Assembly: GCA_951406725.2 (NCBI GenBank)
Contig: OX597822.1
Coordinates: 18,104,001-18,168,000 of the forward strand
From: Octopus vulgaris
Taxonomy: Eukaryota
Direction: 5' to 3'
Length of the DNA: 64,000 nucleotides
Under the pieces are notes generated by a model that was not told where the DNA came from, ran no database searches, and saw nothing but the letters and a program-made list of their open reading frames with translations. Of this stretch, positions 14,063 through 26,593 are shown one piece after another (positions within the stretch are counted from its first letter, which is position 1; the number at the start of each line of letters is the position of its first letter). The translations under genes were made by a program, and so were the position numbers.

Positions 14063-14701
14063 GTGTTGTCTTCGTTGTCGTTATTGTTGTTGTTGTCTGT
14101 TTGCTTTTAGGAAATTTGACTGGGGTAAAGAAAAAAAGAGTAAAGGAAAGGCCTTTATCCATATATCTATTCATTTACTGCTTTCGCATATGGAAATTTA
14201 CATCCTCATCATCATCGTCGTCGTCATCATCATCGTCGTCGTCATCATCATCATCATCATCAATAGCAGCAACATCTGCTTGACTCACCCCCACCCCTCA
14301 TTGTTGCATATTTCAATGTTTGCATATAGCTGACAGTCTGTGTGGGTGTATATAATATAATTCACTATAATAAGAAACGGTATATAAATGTGTGTGCGTG
14401 TGCTATGCGCATGTGTCTATATATGTGTGTTTGTGTGTGTGTTCTTTTTCTTTTACCCAAAAAAAGTCTCTATCATTTGTCTGTGTGAATCACATGTATA
14501 TTTCCTTTGACATGGGTACGTGTATATACATGTTGCCATATGTGGGTATTTAATTTTCATACATATATATACACACACACACATATGTATATATATATAT
14601 ATACATACACATATATATGCATACATATATACACACACCCACATGGACACTTACCTATACATAAATGCATGTATATATATATGTATATATGCATACATAT
14701 A

Positions 14702-14739
<38 letters not shown>

Positions 14740-14821
14740 TATGCATACATATATGCATACATATATGCATATATATATATATATATATACTATATATATA
14801 TATACATACATATACACACAC

Positions 14822-14877
<56 letters not shown>

Positions 14878-15369
14878 GTATGTATAAATGTATACAAACA
14901 CACACACACAGCTACATGTGCATACTCATACATACACACACTGAAACACTCATATCTTTAGTTATATGAACACAGATGTATGTATATTACATACAATATT
15001 TATTTTGAGAAGAATTTTTTCTTCTTGTTTTTTTTTTGCCATTATTTGGCATCTTACTTTAGGTATTTACATGATTTAGCTAAGTCTACATTGATGTATG
15101 CTTCTTGTAGTCTTTTGATAATTCTAGCCTCGAGCTGCAAAACATTTCCCCTAAAACCGAAAGCTGACTAATACATTGCCTTCTTTTGGTCTTACTGTGT
15201 ATTTTAGTTTAGTTATTCTAACATCTTGAGTTCAAGCACAATGGGAAAGAGTTTGATTTTCCTATTTCTCAGATTTATATAAGTCATACTTCCTCATCCT
15301 CAGAAGATGCTTCCTGTCTGTCTCTCTGCCTACCATTGTCTCTTTTTCTCTATCTCTTTTTTTGGTAAA

Positions 15370-15507
15370 ACGTTTGATTCCCAATTAAGTGGTTCTGGGT
15401 TTAGTCCCACTGTGCAGCACCTTTGGCAAGTGTTTTCTATTATAGCCTCAAGCCAACCAAAGTCTTGTGAGTGGATTTGGTAGATGGAAACTAAAAGAAG
15501 CCCATCC

Positions 15508-15553
<46 letters not shown>

Positions 15554-15745
15554 CGTGCATCTGCATGTACATGCAAGGACATATATGGTCCAGAGGGAAG
15601 ATATTGTGTTGCCTGGAAACAGGTGAGGGTTGGTGACAGGAAGAGCATCCAGCCATAAAATATCTTCCTCAACAAACTCCACCAACCGATGAATGCACAG
15701 AAGAGTGGACATTAAGATGGTGGTGATACTGATTATGATGATGAT
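15370..15745 (+). mobile_element. tRNA-head SINE with RTE-like tail
   Basis: Head ggttctgggtttagtcccactg..cacctttggcaagtgt...ggatttggtagatggaaactaaaagaagccc, microsatellite spacer, tail ggaaacaggtgagggttggtgacaggaagagcatccagcc...gtggacattaagatg. Confidence 0.7.
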
Positions 15746-15794
15746 TTGTGTGTGTTTGTGTGTGTGTGTAAGACACAGAAATACATATATATCA

Positions 15795-16475
15795 CTGTCA
15801 TCATTTAACGTCCATTTTCCATGCTGATATGGGTTGGACGGTTTCACTGAAAACTGGTAAGCTGGGGAACTGCACTAGGTTCTGATCTGATTTGACAAGG
15901 TTTCTACAGCTGGATGCCCTTCCTAAGGCCAACCACTATGAGAGTGTAGTGGGTGTTTTTGCATGCCACTGGTATGGGTGCCATTGACGTGACACCAGCG
16001 TCGGCCACAACTACGGTCTCACTTGGTTTGACAGGTCTACACAAGCATGGTGTATCACCAAAGGTCTTGGTCACCTGTTACTGCCTCCATGGGGCCCAAC
16101 ACTTGAATGATGATTTTTACATGCCACCTGCCAGTTAGACAGCATTGGCATTGGCCATGACTGATTTCACTCGGCTTCGACAGGTCTTCACAAGCACAGC
16201 AGATCACCCAACGTTTGAGGGGCGCTTTTAATGTGTCAGTTATGTGACACTGGCATCAGCCATAACTACAATCTCACTTGGCTTGACGGGTCTTCTCAAG
16301 CATGGCATATCACGAAAGGTCTCAGCTGCTTGTCATTGCCTCTGTGAAACCCAACATTGAGGCAATGACAAGGGACAGAGATCTTTGGCAATATGCCAGG
16401 CTTGAGAAGACCCGTCAAGTCAAATGATATTGTAGTCATGGCTGATGCTAGCATCATGTAACTGGCACATTAAGA
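15795..16475 (-). mobile_element. RTE 3'UTR fragment with inverted 5' segment
   Basis: Antisense RTE tail from 15795; 16228-16342 is inverted at 16359-16473. Confidence 0.75.
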
Positions 16476-16683
16476 CCACGCTATATATATATACACACAT
16501 ATATATATATCTATACATATATATATATACCGTGACGCATATTTGCCATTTGAATATGGCTAACCCCTAAGGGTGGATGCTACTGTAGTTTGTAGCCCCA
16601 GGAAGATATCTCCTCCAGCTGGCTATAGACACACTATCCGTGTCCTCTCAGTATCTGTGAAGGAGAGTCATCCTCCCCGTCTT

Positions 16684-16753
16684 CAACTCATGATACACAC
16701 GGACCCGAGTTTCAAGGTGTTTACCTTTCATCAGCGTGTGACAATCATGGTTG
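16684..16753 (-). ncRNA. Type I hammerhead ribozyme, antisense copy
   Basis: Reverse complement of 17164-17233. Confidence 0.88.
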
Positions 16754-17163
16754 TCGACAAGAAGTCAGCTCCCTTCACAAATACATATACTTTTTCCAGT
16801 GTCGATTGACACTGATATTGAAAAAGTGAAATCAAACAATGATAAATCTCAGAGCGAGTTATAAACAGTAGCGGTAACACATCGTGACGCATATTTGCCA
16901 TTTGAATATGGCTAATCCCTAAGGGTGGATGCTACTGTAGTTTGTAGCCCCAGGAAGATATCTCCTCCAGCTGGCTATAGACACACTATCTGTGTCCTCT
17001 CAGTATCTGTGAAGGGGAGTCATCCTCCCCGTCTTCAACTCATGATACACACGGACCTAGCCATATTCAAATATTCATTGTTTGATTTCACTTTTTCAAT
17101 ATCAGTGTCAATCGACACTGGAAAAAGTATATGTATTTGTGAAGGGAGCTGACTTCTCGTCGA

Positions 17164-17233
17164 CAACCATGATTGTCACACGCTGATGAAAGGTAAACAC
17201 CTTGAAACTCGGGTCCGTGTGTATCATGAGTTG
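17164..17233 (+). ncRNA. Type I hammerhead ribozyme, intact core
   Basis: caac-catgat-tgt-CACACG CTGATGA aaggt-aaac-acctt GAAA C-tcgg-G TC / CGTGTG-t-atcatg-a-gttg. Stem I is 6 bp plus extension, stem II is 5 bp, stem III is short; predicted cleavage after GUC (C17215). Confidence 0.9.
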
Positions 17234-19853
17234 ATTCCTTTCTTAGATACACAGTGAGTAATGATGGTGAGAGAATTGGTAATATAGTTACAGTTTTCAA
17301 ATTTTTAACGGGGTTGAAGTTCACAGGTGGAGGAAAATTCAGCCTTGCTGATTAAGACATGTTGGAGGTGAATCAAACTTAATAAAGTCAGCTAAAAAAA
17401 TTTTTTTTTTGTAAATTAATCAGCCAATATTATATCCATACTACTGAGAGAAGCCATTAGTGTTGATGAGATTCTTAAGAACAAAGGTAAGGGAGACCAC
17501 TGTGAAATCCAAATTGGTTAAAAACTAAATGAAGGTACTGAGAGTGGTGAGGAGGGAGACAGAAGTTTAGTCAGTAGGGGAGGATGACTCTAGACATGTT
17601 TCATTATCATTAGACCTCCTTAAGGAAATGTAGAACTTACCAGCTGTGTAGACAACATTTACCAATCTTTGAGAAAATTAGAAGAAATACTGCAGGAGCC
17701 AGGATCAGTTTTGGAATAAACCAAGCAATATTCTATCACAATTAATGCTTCATACAAAATTATTTGCAGTGTTTGTTTGAGTATTTTATACTGTGAATTG
17801 AAAAGCTGCCAAGGTCAGGTTTGATTTCCATCTTCCCCATCATCAATTAACTAAAATGCCAATCAGAAACTGTGGTCAATCGTTCCTGAAACTGATGGCC
17901 AAATAATAATAATAATAATAATAATAATGAACTTATTGTATACAATGCTCAGGTGAACTTCTATGTTTTCACACAGTTCAGTGAAGTCTTTCATATAACA
18001 GATCTATCACCATCTCAACATGTTATGAGTGTCCAGCCATGAATGTGCATGAGAGACGATGGATACAGAATTGTAAAACAACATCAATGATGCTGGCTGC
18101 AGCAGTTTCCCATTTCGTTCAGATTTCCTTTCTTCTAATTCTTCTTACATACTGCATCTTCTTCATTTTGCATTGCTGCTATCCTGTACATCATAATTTT
18201 CATCTCGTTACCAAGATACCTATCTGTTGAATTTAATTTAATTTGTTGTTTTTCTTTACATTTTTTATTTTTATTTTTATTTTTTCATCTTCAATTATTT
18301 CAAAGGAAATAGATAGATGTGAGACTTCCATAAGTAAGATTCAGAGATCAATTTAAATTAATCAGATTAACTATGTACTTTTAACCAACACTTTGTACTT
18401 TTACTCTCTAAAGTGGTTTTGTTACATTGTCATATTGGAATTGCTGTACTTTTGTTATTTTCTTGTTTAGTAGACACTCAGATAAAACTGTACAAAGTTT
18501 TATATTTTTGTGATTTATTTCGCTGTTTCTTTTTCAACCACCAGGATAAATATGGTGGTGGCAAAGTTTGGCAGAAATTAGTAGAGAATCAGAGCAAGAT
18601 ATTTGATGGCAAACAATCCTAAAGCTTTACAATTTTGAATCAAACTTCAAATATTAATTTTGGCTTTTTTTCTTTTTTCTTTCTTTTTAAAGTCAACCTG
18701 TCTATACATCCTCATCATCATTAAATAATGATGATGATCTCTAGACATAACTAGTTATGATTATATTTCTGACAGTAAAATATCATGTTCCAAGCAATAA
18801 GGTGACTTTTTTTCATCATTATCTAATAATTATTTCAATTTAGGCCAAGACCAGTAATTTGAGAGAGAAGGGAGTTAGTTGATTGCATAGACCCAAGTAT
18901 TTGACTGGTACTCTAATTTACTTACCCCTAAAGGGAGGGAAAAGCATCAATGGCCTGAATGGGAATTGAACTCAGTATGTAGAGAAAATGTGAGTTTTCT
19001 CATTCTCAACATCATCCTTACCCACGTTGTTTTCCTCCAGTCACCCTTTTCTGTGATTCCCTGAAATACATCTTAGAACTGCTGTTACCTTATATTTAAC
19101 ACATCTCTTTTATAGTATCATTCTCAGCCTACCCTTCACTTTGTCCCCTTCTCACTACACCCATACATACCTCTGATATCTATCTTTCTCACTGTACATC
19201 TCTTTCACATTGTTTGTTTTATAGGACAAGTGTAATTTGAACAAAAGGATACATTTGTAAATATAAAACAAACTCATCTGATCTTTTATAATATTTTGTC
19301 CTATTAAACAATTTTACACTTGATGTTTTTATTAAATGTGATTTAATTTAATTTGAAATTGGAGGTAAAAATGGTTGCAACCATAGGATAGCATGAAAAC
19401 CTTTGTTCCTAGGCTGGTTTATATTAATTTTCAACCTAGATTTCGTAGCCCCATCTGTACAGGGAAGTGGGGGGAAGGAGAAGGGGAAACAGTTGTTTCA
19501 AACGAATTATTGGCAAAAGTGAAGTGATTAAATGTTTGTCTTCTGATTGGACAAGGAGAAAATGAGAAATCTTGAGAGATGTTGGAGATCTGGCGTATTT
19601 TAATTGAAGAATACAGCAAATGATTAATTTTATATTTTGAAGTGTTAATCTTAAATTTATGAAAATGTAGTTATAGAAAAATTTTCAACAGTCTTTTTTC
19701 TTTTACTAAGATCTGATTATTTTTGCTTTATATTCTTTTCTATATTTTTTGAAAGAATATTTTGAGATGATGATGATAATGATGACTTGAGCAGTTGTAA
19801 TTATGTCAGTTTCCAGATTTTCGATTATAATACATTGATATTCATGTTTGTGT

Positions 19854-20248
19854 GAGTGGCTGTGTGGTAAGTAGCTTACTAACCAGCCACATGGTTCCGG
19901 GTTCAGTCCCACTGCGTGGCATCTTGAGCAAGTGTCTTCTGCTATAGCTCCGGGCTGACCAATGCCTTGTGAGTGGATTGGTAGACGGAAACTGAAAGAA
20001 GCCTGTCGTATATATGTATATATGTATGTGTGTTTGTGTGTCTGTGTTTGTCCCCCTAGCATTGCTTGACAACCGATGCTGGTGTGTTTACATCCCTGTC
20101 ACTTAGCGGTTCGGCAAAAGGGACCGATAGATTAAGTACTGGGCTTACAAAGAATAAGTCCTGGGGTCGATTTGCTGGACTAAAGGCGGTGCTCCAGCAT
20201 GGCTGCAGTCAAATGACTGAAATAAGTAAAAGAGAGAGTAAAGAGAGT
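19854..20248 (+). mobile_element. tRNA-derived SINE (family A), near full length
   Basis: A box TGGCTGTGTGG, B box GGTTCAGTCCC, CORE-like cttgagcaagtgtc, internal microsatellite, 3' part ending cagcatggctgcagtcaaatgactgaaataagtaaaagaga; homologous to 26594-26990. Confidence 0.88.
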
Positions 20249-20267
20249 ATATATATATATATATATA

Positions 20268-20517
20268 TCATCATCATCATCATCATCATCATCATTTAAC
20301 GTCCGTTTTCCGCGCTAGCACGGGTTGGACGGTTTCGACCGGGGTCTGGGGAGCTCGGGACTGCCCCAGGCTCCAGTCTAGTCTGGCAGTGTTTCTACAG
20401 CTGGATGCCCTTCCTAATGCCAACCACTCCGCGAGTGTAGTGGGTGTTTTTTACGTGCCACCTGCACAGGTGCCAGAGGGGTCTGGCATCGGCCACGTTC
20501 GGATGGTGCTTTTTATG
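20268..20517 (-). mobile_element. RTE 3' tail copy
   Basis: (CAT)n followed by ttaacgtccg...gtttctacagctggatgcccttcctaatgccaaccactcc. Confidence 0.85.
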
Positions 20518-20520
20518 GGG

Positions 20521-20831
20521 GGGTGCAGAAATATAGGGGAGCACCAGTGGGAGGGGTGGTTCAGAGGACAGGTACTAGGCAAGTAGAACGTAGGATATCG
20601 AGAGAGGGGTAATGCATGGTGAAATAGCGTATTGAAGAGGGGGCTTCAAAGAGTAGACACCTATAATGGTGGTGGGGGTGCAGAAATATAGGGGAGCACC
20701 AGTGGGAGGGGTGGTTCAGAGGACAGGTACTAGGCAAGTAGAACGTAGGATATCGAGAGAGGGGTAATGCATGGTGAAATAGCGTATTGAAGAGGGGGGT
20801 TCAAAGAGTAGACACCTATAATGGTGGTGGG
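20521..20831. repeat. Two near-identical direct copies, 155-bp period
   Basis: gggtgcagaaatataggggagcacc...gacacctataatggtggtggg occurs at 20521 and 20676. Confidence 0.92.
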
Positions 20832-21989
20832 AGAAAACGACATCCGGTATAGTTGGAGCAAAATAGAGATATCCGGTATTGGTGGTGGGGGTGGGTAGGG
20901 CGGGCGGGCGCGCCGCGAAGAATCGGCAGCCAATTTCTATCAGCCCTGTAAGGGAGATAGATCTTAAATATCTATAACGATAACTAGTGAATTATACAGA
21001 ATATGCAAAAACGAGGCGAGGCTGAAATAGTAAACAGAGTGGCGACTAGGGGGATCAGAATAATAATAATTAATAAATAATAATAATAAATATATATATA
21101 TATATATATATATATGAGCATCCTTTTACTGATTTCAGCTATTGGACTCTAATCATACTGGGAAATCATCTTCAATGTCCTCTAGATAATTATATCATTT
21201 TCAGTACTGATTTCAGTGTATATGCATGTATGTATATATATATATATATATTAGAGTTGACTACAGGTCATCAGTGTCACTTGGGCTTATCACAGATTTC
21301 GCATCAGACACATGCCTGCTCAAAGAATTTCATGTTTTCCCCGCCTTATTTCTCACACCAAATGGCTTTTTTTTTTCTCCATTTCTAAGTTAAGGGTAAA
21401 AATAAAGCAACCCTGCAAAACACAATTGATCTTTACACACAGACACACAGAAGAGCAGCAATCAAAAGATGACAACAAACAACCATGATCTGATTGTTGC
21501 TTGTACTCTTGGCAAGAGACATCTTTGACACCTACCAAGCTTGTTCGTATTAGCCCGAGTTGCCGGGGAATTTTTTGTTCCTTTAAGAATAATGTAGAAT
21601 GGAAACTTTTCATAGATTGGAATTTAAATCCTAATCTCTATAGAAATTTATTGTTTCCAGAAAAAAAAATTGAAATTAAATTACTTTAATTTTTTAGGAT
21701 TATTGATAACAACTCTGGCTGTAACTTCTGAGCCCAAGTCAGGCATGTGCGAATGATGTTGAAAGAACGTCTGCTACGAATGATATTTTTTGACACAAGG
21801 CACCTATAAGACGACTGCCAGATACTGAATGAATATAAATGAACTGCAACCAGGTTCAATGGTAGGAGCCCAAGTTATTGAAGTTAGTGTTGGTAGAAAT
21901 TAAATCGGCTTACAAATACACGTTCACTTTATCAAATTTATACTTGTGATCAGCTCTAACAACCCAAGTGCCAGAGTTGCCACTGATAT

Positions 21990-21991
<2 letters not shown>

Positions 21992-22020
<29 letters not shown>

Positions 22021-22275
22021 ACATCATCGTTTAACATCTGATTTCCATGCTAGCATGGGTTGGATGGTTCGACCTGGGTCTGGGAAGCCAGAAGGCTCCA
22101 CCAGGCTCCAGTCTGATTTGGCAGTGTTTCTTCAGCTAGATGCCCTTCCTAACACCAACCACTCCGTGAGTGTAGTGGGTGTTTTTTACGTGCCACCGGC
22201 ACAGGGGCCAGAGGAGGCTGGCAAACGGACACGATCGGTTGGTACTTTTACGTGTCACCGACACGTACACCAGTC
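21992..22275 (-). mobile_element. RTE 3' tail copy
   Basis: (CAT)n followed by the shared RTE tail. Confidence 0.85.
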
Positions 22276-22309
22276 AGATGGTATGTATATATATATATAT
22301 ATATATAAT

Positions 22310-22830
22310 GTAAGCAACAGGTTGTACGGTACAATCTTTTGACCTGCACTCTCTCACCTTACTATTCTAATGCCTCCCTCCTCCTACTTCGTTTGAACTC
22401 TTGAACCTTTAGAAACTTCTAGATTCTTCTACATTCAGCCACTCTGACGTCACTCATTATACAGAGAAACTCATTATCACCATGGGCTCCTTGAGAGCGG
22501 TCAGCTAAAAGTTTTTTGTGCATTTTGATGTCGACATAAGTGCCTGATGAGAAATCTGCATAATGTACTCCTTATTCCTTCGGAATTAGGAATATGCAGC
22601 CTTCGAAACATATGTCGAGAATAAAGGATATTTGTTAACTAGTCGTTCAACTCCATTCTTTCATATACTTAAAATTTTAAAATAAACATACAAATTTCCG
22701 CACGAAGACACGTAGTCTATGCCCTAGGGACGTAGCTTCAACCGTGTTCTTTCTGATGTGAATTTGCTACCCAGGTATCGGTTATCTTTCGAATTATCCT
22801 TAATAAGATAATTCATTCAATTACTCAAAT
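22310..22830 (+). mobile_element. Probable Penelope-like pseudo-LTR relic with hammerhead-like core
   Basis: Bounded by (TA)n tracts; CTGATGA at 22544-22550, a long stem II, and GAAACATATGTC at 22605-22616. Confidence 0.55.
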
Positions 22831-22831
22831 A

Positions 22832-22879
<48 letters not shown>

Positions 22880-23753
22880 TATGTAATCATGCATTAAGGC
22901 AACAATGAATTAAAACAAAAAGAAAAACTGCCAACACAGGAAGGAGAGTTTTTTTGTCAAATATTGTATTAGTTCCATGCTTAGTAAGGACAGGAAAGTG
23001 TCTTTAAGCTTCAGAAGCCAGTCTTTCATCAGAAGAAAAGTAAAAGAGGTATATGAAGTAAGTGAGAGAGAGAGAGAAAAAGAAAATATAGAAAAGCATG
23101 GGTGAGGACTTAGGGGCCAGGTGGAAGTGCAGTTCAGTGGGGTGAATTAAGAAGGAAAGATGGGGTGGATGTGTATGTGTGTGTGTGTGCATGGATGGGA
23201 GTATATCTTGTTTTCCAATATACATAAGGTGAGCCGCATGTACAGATATATAAGTATAATAGTAAGCTTTAGTAGGGGGTAGGTATTGGTGTGTGTGCGT
23301 ATGTGTGTAATATTATAATTTCATGCACTTTTCTGCCTGCTAAGTTTCACCCATGTATGAAAGTCTAAATACTATGGAGTGATTCATTATCTGAAAGATA
23401 ATAGCTGTCTGTCCGTATGTCAATCAATAAATAAATCAAAATTACATAAAACTCTCGAGGAATTCAATCATGCTAACACTTTTGTCAGAAAATTCTACAC
23501 AAATTCAACCAGTGTATAACACACACACGCACTCATCATCATCATCAATATACATGCTTTTAATATACATATTTTAAGGGTACACATGTATGTGGAGTGC
23601 TCAGCCACTTGCACATTAATATATATATTAATATATATATATATACATGCTGGCATGTGTTGGACAGTTTGAAAGGAGCTGACTAGACTGAACACTGTAC
23701 TAGGCTCCACTGTATTTTGGCAGGGATTTTATGGCTGGATACCCTTCCTCACA

Positions 23754-23827
<74 letters not shown>

Positions 23828-24266
23828 TGTCACTGCATCTGTCTGGCTGTCGGAGGTTGTTATGCATTGGTGGTCACAATGTACTTCCAAGTCTTCGAAT
23901 TTAACTAAACTGTCCTCTTGTTCTCATGGAAGTCTTGCAGACATGCAGATAAGGTTATATTTCAAGCTGTGTTCTCTTGAAGGACATCTGCTCATTCCAG
24001 TACTCTAAAGTTGTCTGTAGGTGTCACATTTGTGAGATGTATGCTGAAGAGTTGAAAAATATTAGAAAATATTTAATAGAGAGCAAATCAAAACTGGAGA
24101 ATGGAAAGAATTTTGGGTATTATTTATTCACCATTACATGTGTTTCATTTGCTAATAGGAGTTACAAAACTGAACATGTGGTAGAAACATGTAAGATATC
24201 TCCTATTAGAAATTCTTTGGACAGAGAATCAAATGATTATTTTATTCCCTGTCTGAAGAATTTATA

Positions 24267-24310
24267 CAGTAATCCCTCACCATATCGCAGTTCACCTATC
24301 GCAGTTTATT
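24267..24310 (+). mobile_element. Possible Tigger/pogo-like terminal inverted repeat (single end)
   Basis: TA|CAGTAATCCCTCACCATATCGCAGTTCACCTATCGC resembles Tigger-type termini; no partner end was identified. Confidence 0.35.
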
Positions 24311-25537
24311 ATTTAAGCTAACGAGAATTCCTCCATGGTGTTAAAATCTGTTATTCAATTCAATAGAAATTTTGACACTTGACCCCTTGACCCCCATTCC
24401 GAGCTATTGCATAAACAACATAAATAATATTCTTAACAACCTACAGAATATGAGAGCAAACTGTTTTAGGTTCTAATTTTTTAATTTTATTTTCTAATTT
24501 TTTACTTAAAAAATGTCTAATAATTGATAAGATTGACATACACAACAGAACCGATAATATTTTATTAAAGTCACTTAATGTAACAAATATAAAAACACTT
24601 ATCCTGTCCGATTGAAGAAAAAAGTGAAAAGAATCTTTAAATATACTTCCCTGCTGTTTTCTACTTTTACTTTTTATCTACACACACACACAGACACAGG
24701 TGGGTGGGTGTGCATATATTGTGTTCCACCTGGAGCCTTTTTCTGCATTTCCTTATACGTCTTTTAAGTTTAGTTTTGAAACAACAAACTTTCAATGCAC
24801 CAATATTTCAAGAACCTTTCTGCTCGTTATCTCATCGATGCCATAAATTTAGATTTTGATGAAGATTGTTATTACCGATTCTTTTATGCTGCTGTGTCTA
24901 TTTCTCATTTGTTATTTTCCAAGTGCCCACACACATTTCATGGCAGCTGACCATAAATCTCTATGAAGAAGTGTCTTTGCAGCATTTGATATCACAAACA
25001 ACAAAACAAAGTTAGAAAAAAAAAAAACAAACATTTGTTGATATCACAACTATGTTAAAAACATCACCACTTCACAACTGCTTCTAAAAATAAAAAGAAA
25101 AACCTAAAGCTTTTATTCCTGAAAACAACATAAATAGCACAAAATATTATACGAAAGCCAATATGCAGATGTGAATCCTAATTAGAAACTAATGCAAGGC
25201 ACCATAACCAAACCATTTTCCTATTCCTGAAGAAAAGAGAAAAATCAGGTGTCAAGAAACATTCCAATTCCATGATAACCTATCAGAAAGTGATACAACA
25301 TGATTTCTGCCCACAATAAAAATGGCTAGAATGACCACCTCAGTTAATTCCTTCCAGAAGGTCTGAAAAATATCAATGAATGCCTAAAATTTTATTGTTC
25401 CAAAGGAAACATAAAAACTATTCCAGAAAGTAAATATGAAATAATCTGTAATAATAAAGAAATGATTATAACTGGAGCAGAGATGCATTTTTATTAGAGC
25501 ATTCTTAAATACATTCATATATGCATACTAGAATAAG

Positions 25538-26450
25538 AATAGCCTGGGCAATGTTTAGAAAGCTTCTATTCCTAATGGTGACAAAGGGCCTCTCGCTCAG
25601 AGAGAAAGGTAGATTGTACGATGCATGTGTGAACTGCCATGCTTCACGGCAGTGAAACATGGGCCGTGAATGCTGAAGACATGCGTAGGCTTGAAAGAAA
25701 TGAAGCTAGTATGATCCACTGGATGTGTAATGTCAGTGTGCACACACGACAGAGTGTAAGTGCCCTGAGAGAAATGTTGGACATAAGAAGCATCAGGTGT
25801 GGTGTGCAAGAGAGACATTTTGTATGATCATGTACTATGGATGGATAAGGAGAGATGTGTGAAGAAGTGCCACTCCCAAACAGTTGAAGGAATCCAGGGT
25901 AGAGGTAGACCCAAAAAGACATGGGATGAGGTGGTCAAGCATGACCTTCAAGCGCTGGACTTCACAGAGGCAATGACGAAAGACTGAGACCTATGGAAAT
26001 ATGCTTTGATTGTGAAGACCTGGCAAGTAAAGTGAGTGCACAGCTGTAACCTACACCATTGTCGCATAACCAGCCCCAACCCACTCAAAATCTTGGATCA
26101 TAGGGCAACATGTTGTGCTAGGGCGACATGCTGTGCTTGAGGAGACCTGTTGAGTCAAGTATATCAAAATCAAATGGGAACTGTAGCTGTGATCCCCATG
26201 CCGGTAGCACATAAAAAGCACCAACCGATCATGGTCTTTGCTAGTCTCCTCTGGCCCCTGTGTCGGTCGCATGTAAAAAGCACCCACTACACTCTCGGAG
26301 TGGTTGGTGTTAGGAAAGGCATCCAACTGTAGAAATGCAGCCAGATCAGATTGGAGCATAGTGCAGCCTCCTGGCTTCCCAGACCCCAGCAAAACCATGC
26401 AAGCCATGCGAGCATGGAGAACAGATGTTAAACGATGATGATGTTGATGA
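25538..26450 (+). mobile_element. RTE-clade LINE, 5'-truncated and frameshifted
   Basis: MLHGSETWAVNAEDMRRLERNEASMIHWMCNVSVHTRQS...; VEGIQGRGRPKKTWDEVVKHDL; 3'UTR and (GAT)n tail. Confidence 0.92.
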
Positions 26451-26488
26451 TACACACATATATATAAACATACACACACGCACACATA

Positions 26489-26528
<40 letters not shown>

Positions 26529-26593
26529 TGTATGTATAAATGCACACATATATATCACATATATATGCATATATATATATAATATATATAATA

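Larger units (their letters stand above)
16531..17235. mobile_element. Non-autonomous hammerhead-containing element (retrozyme / Penelope pseudo-LTR): 352-bp unit, partial tandem copy and inverted copy
   Basis: 16531-16704 is repeated at 16883-17056 (period 352); 16684-16842 is inverted at ~17075-17233; adjacent to a (TA)n tract; no meaningful ORF. Confidence 0.8.

Noticed and set aside
13737-15000. Long His-, Ile-, YI- and CV-rich ORFs here and throughout the ORF track
   Set aside because: They are translations of microsatellites that lack stop codons.
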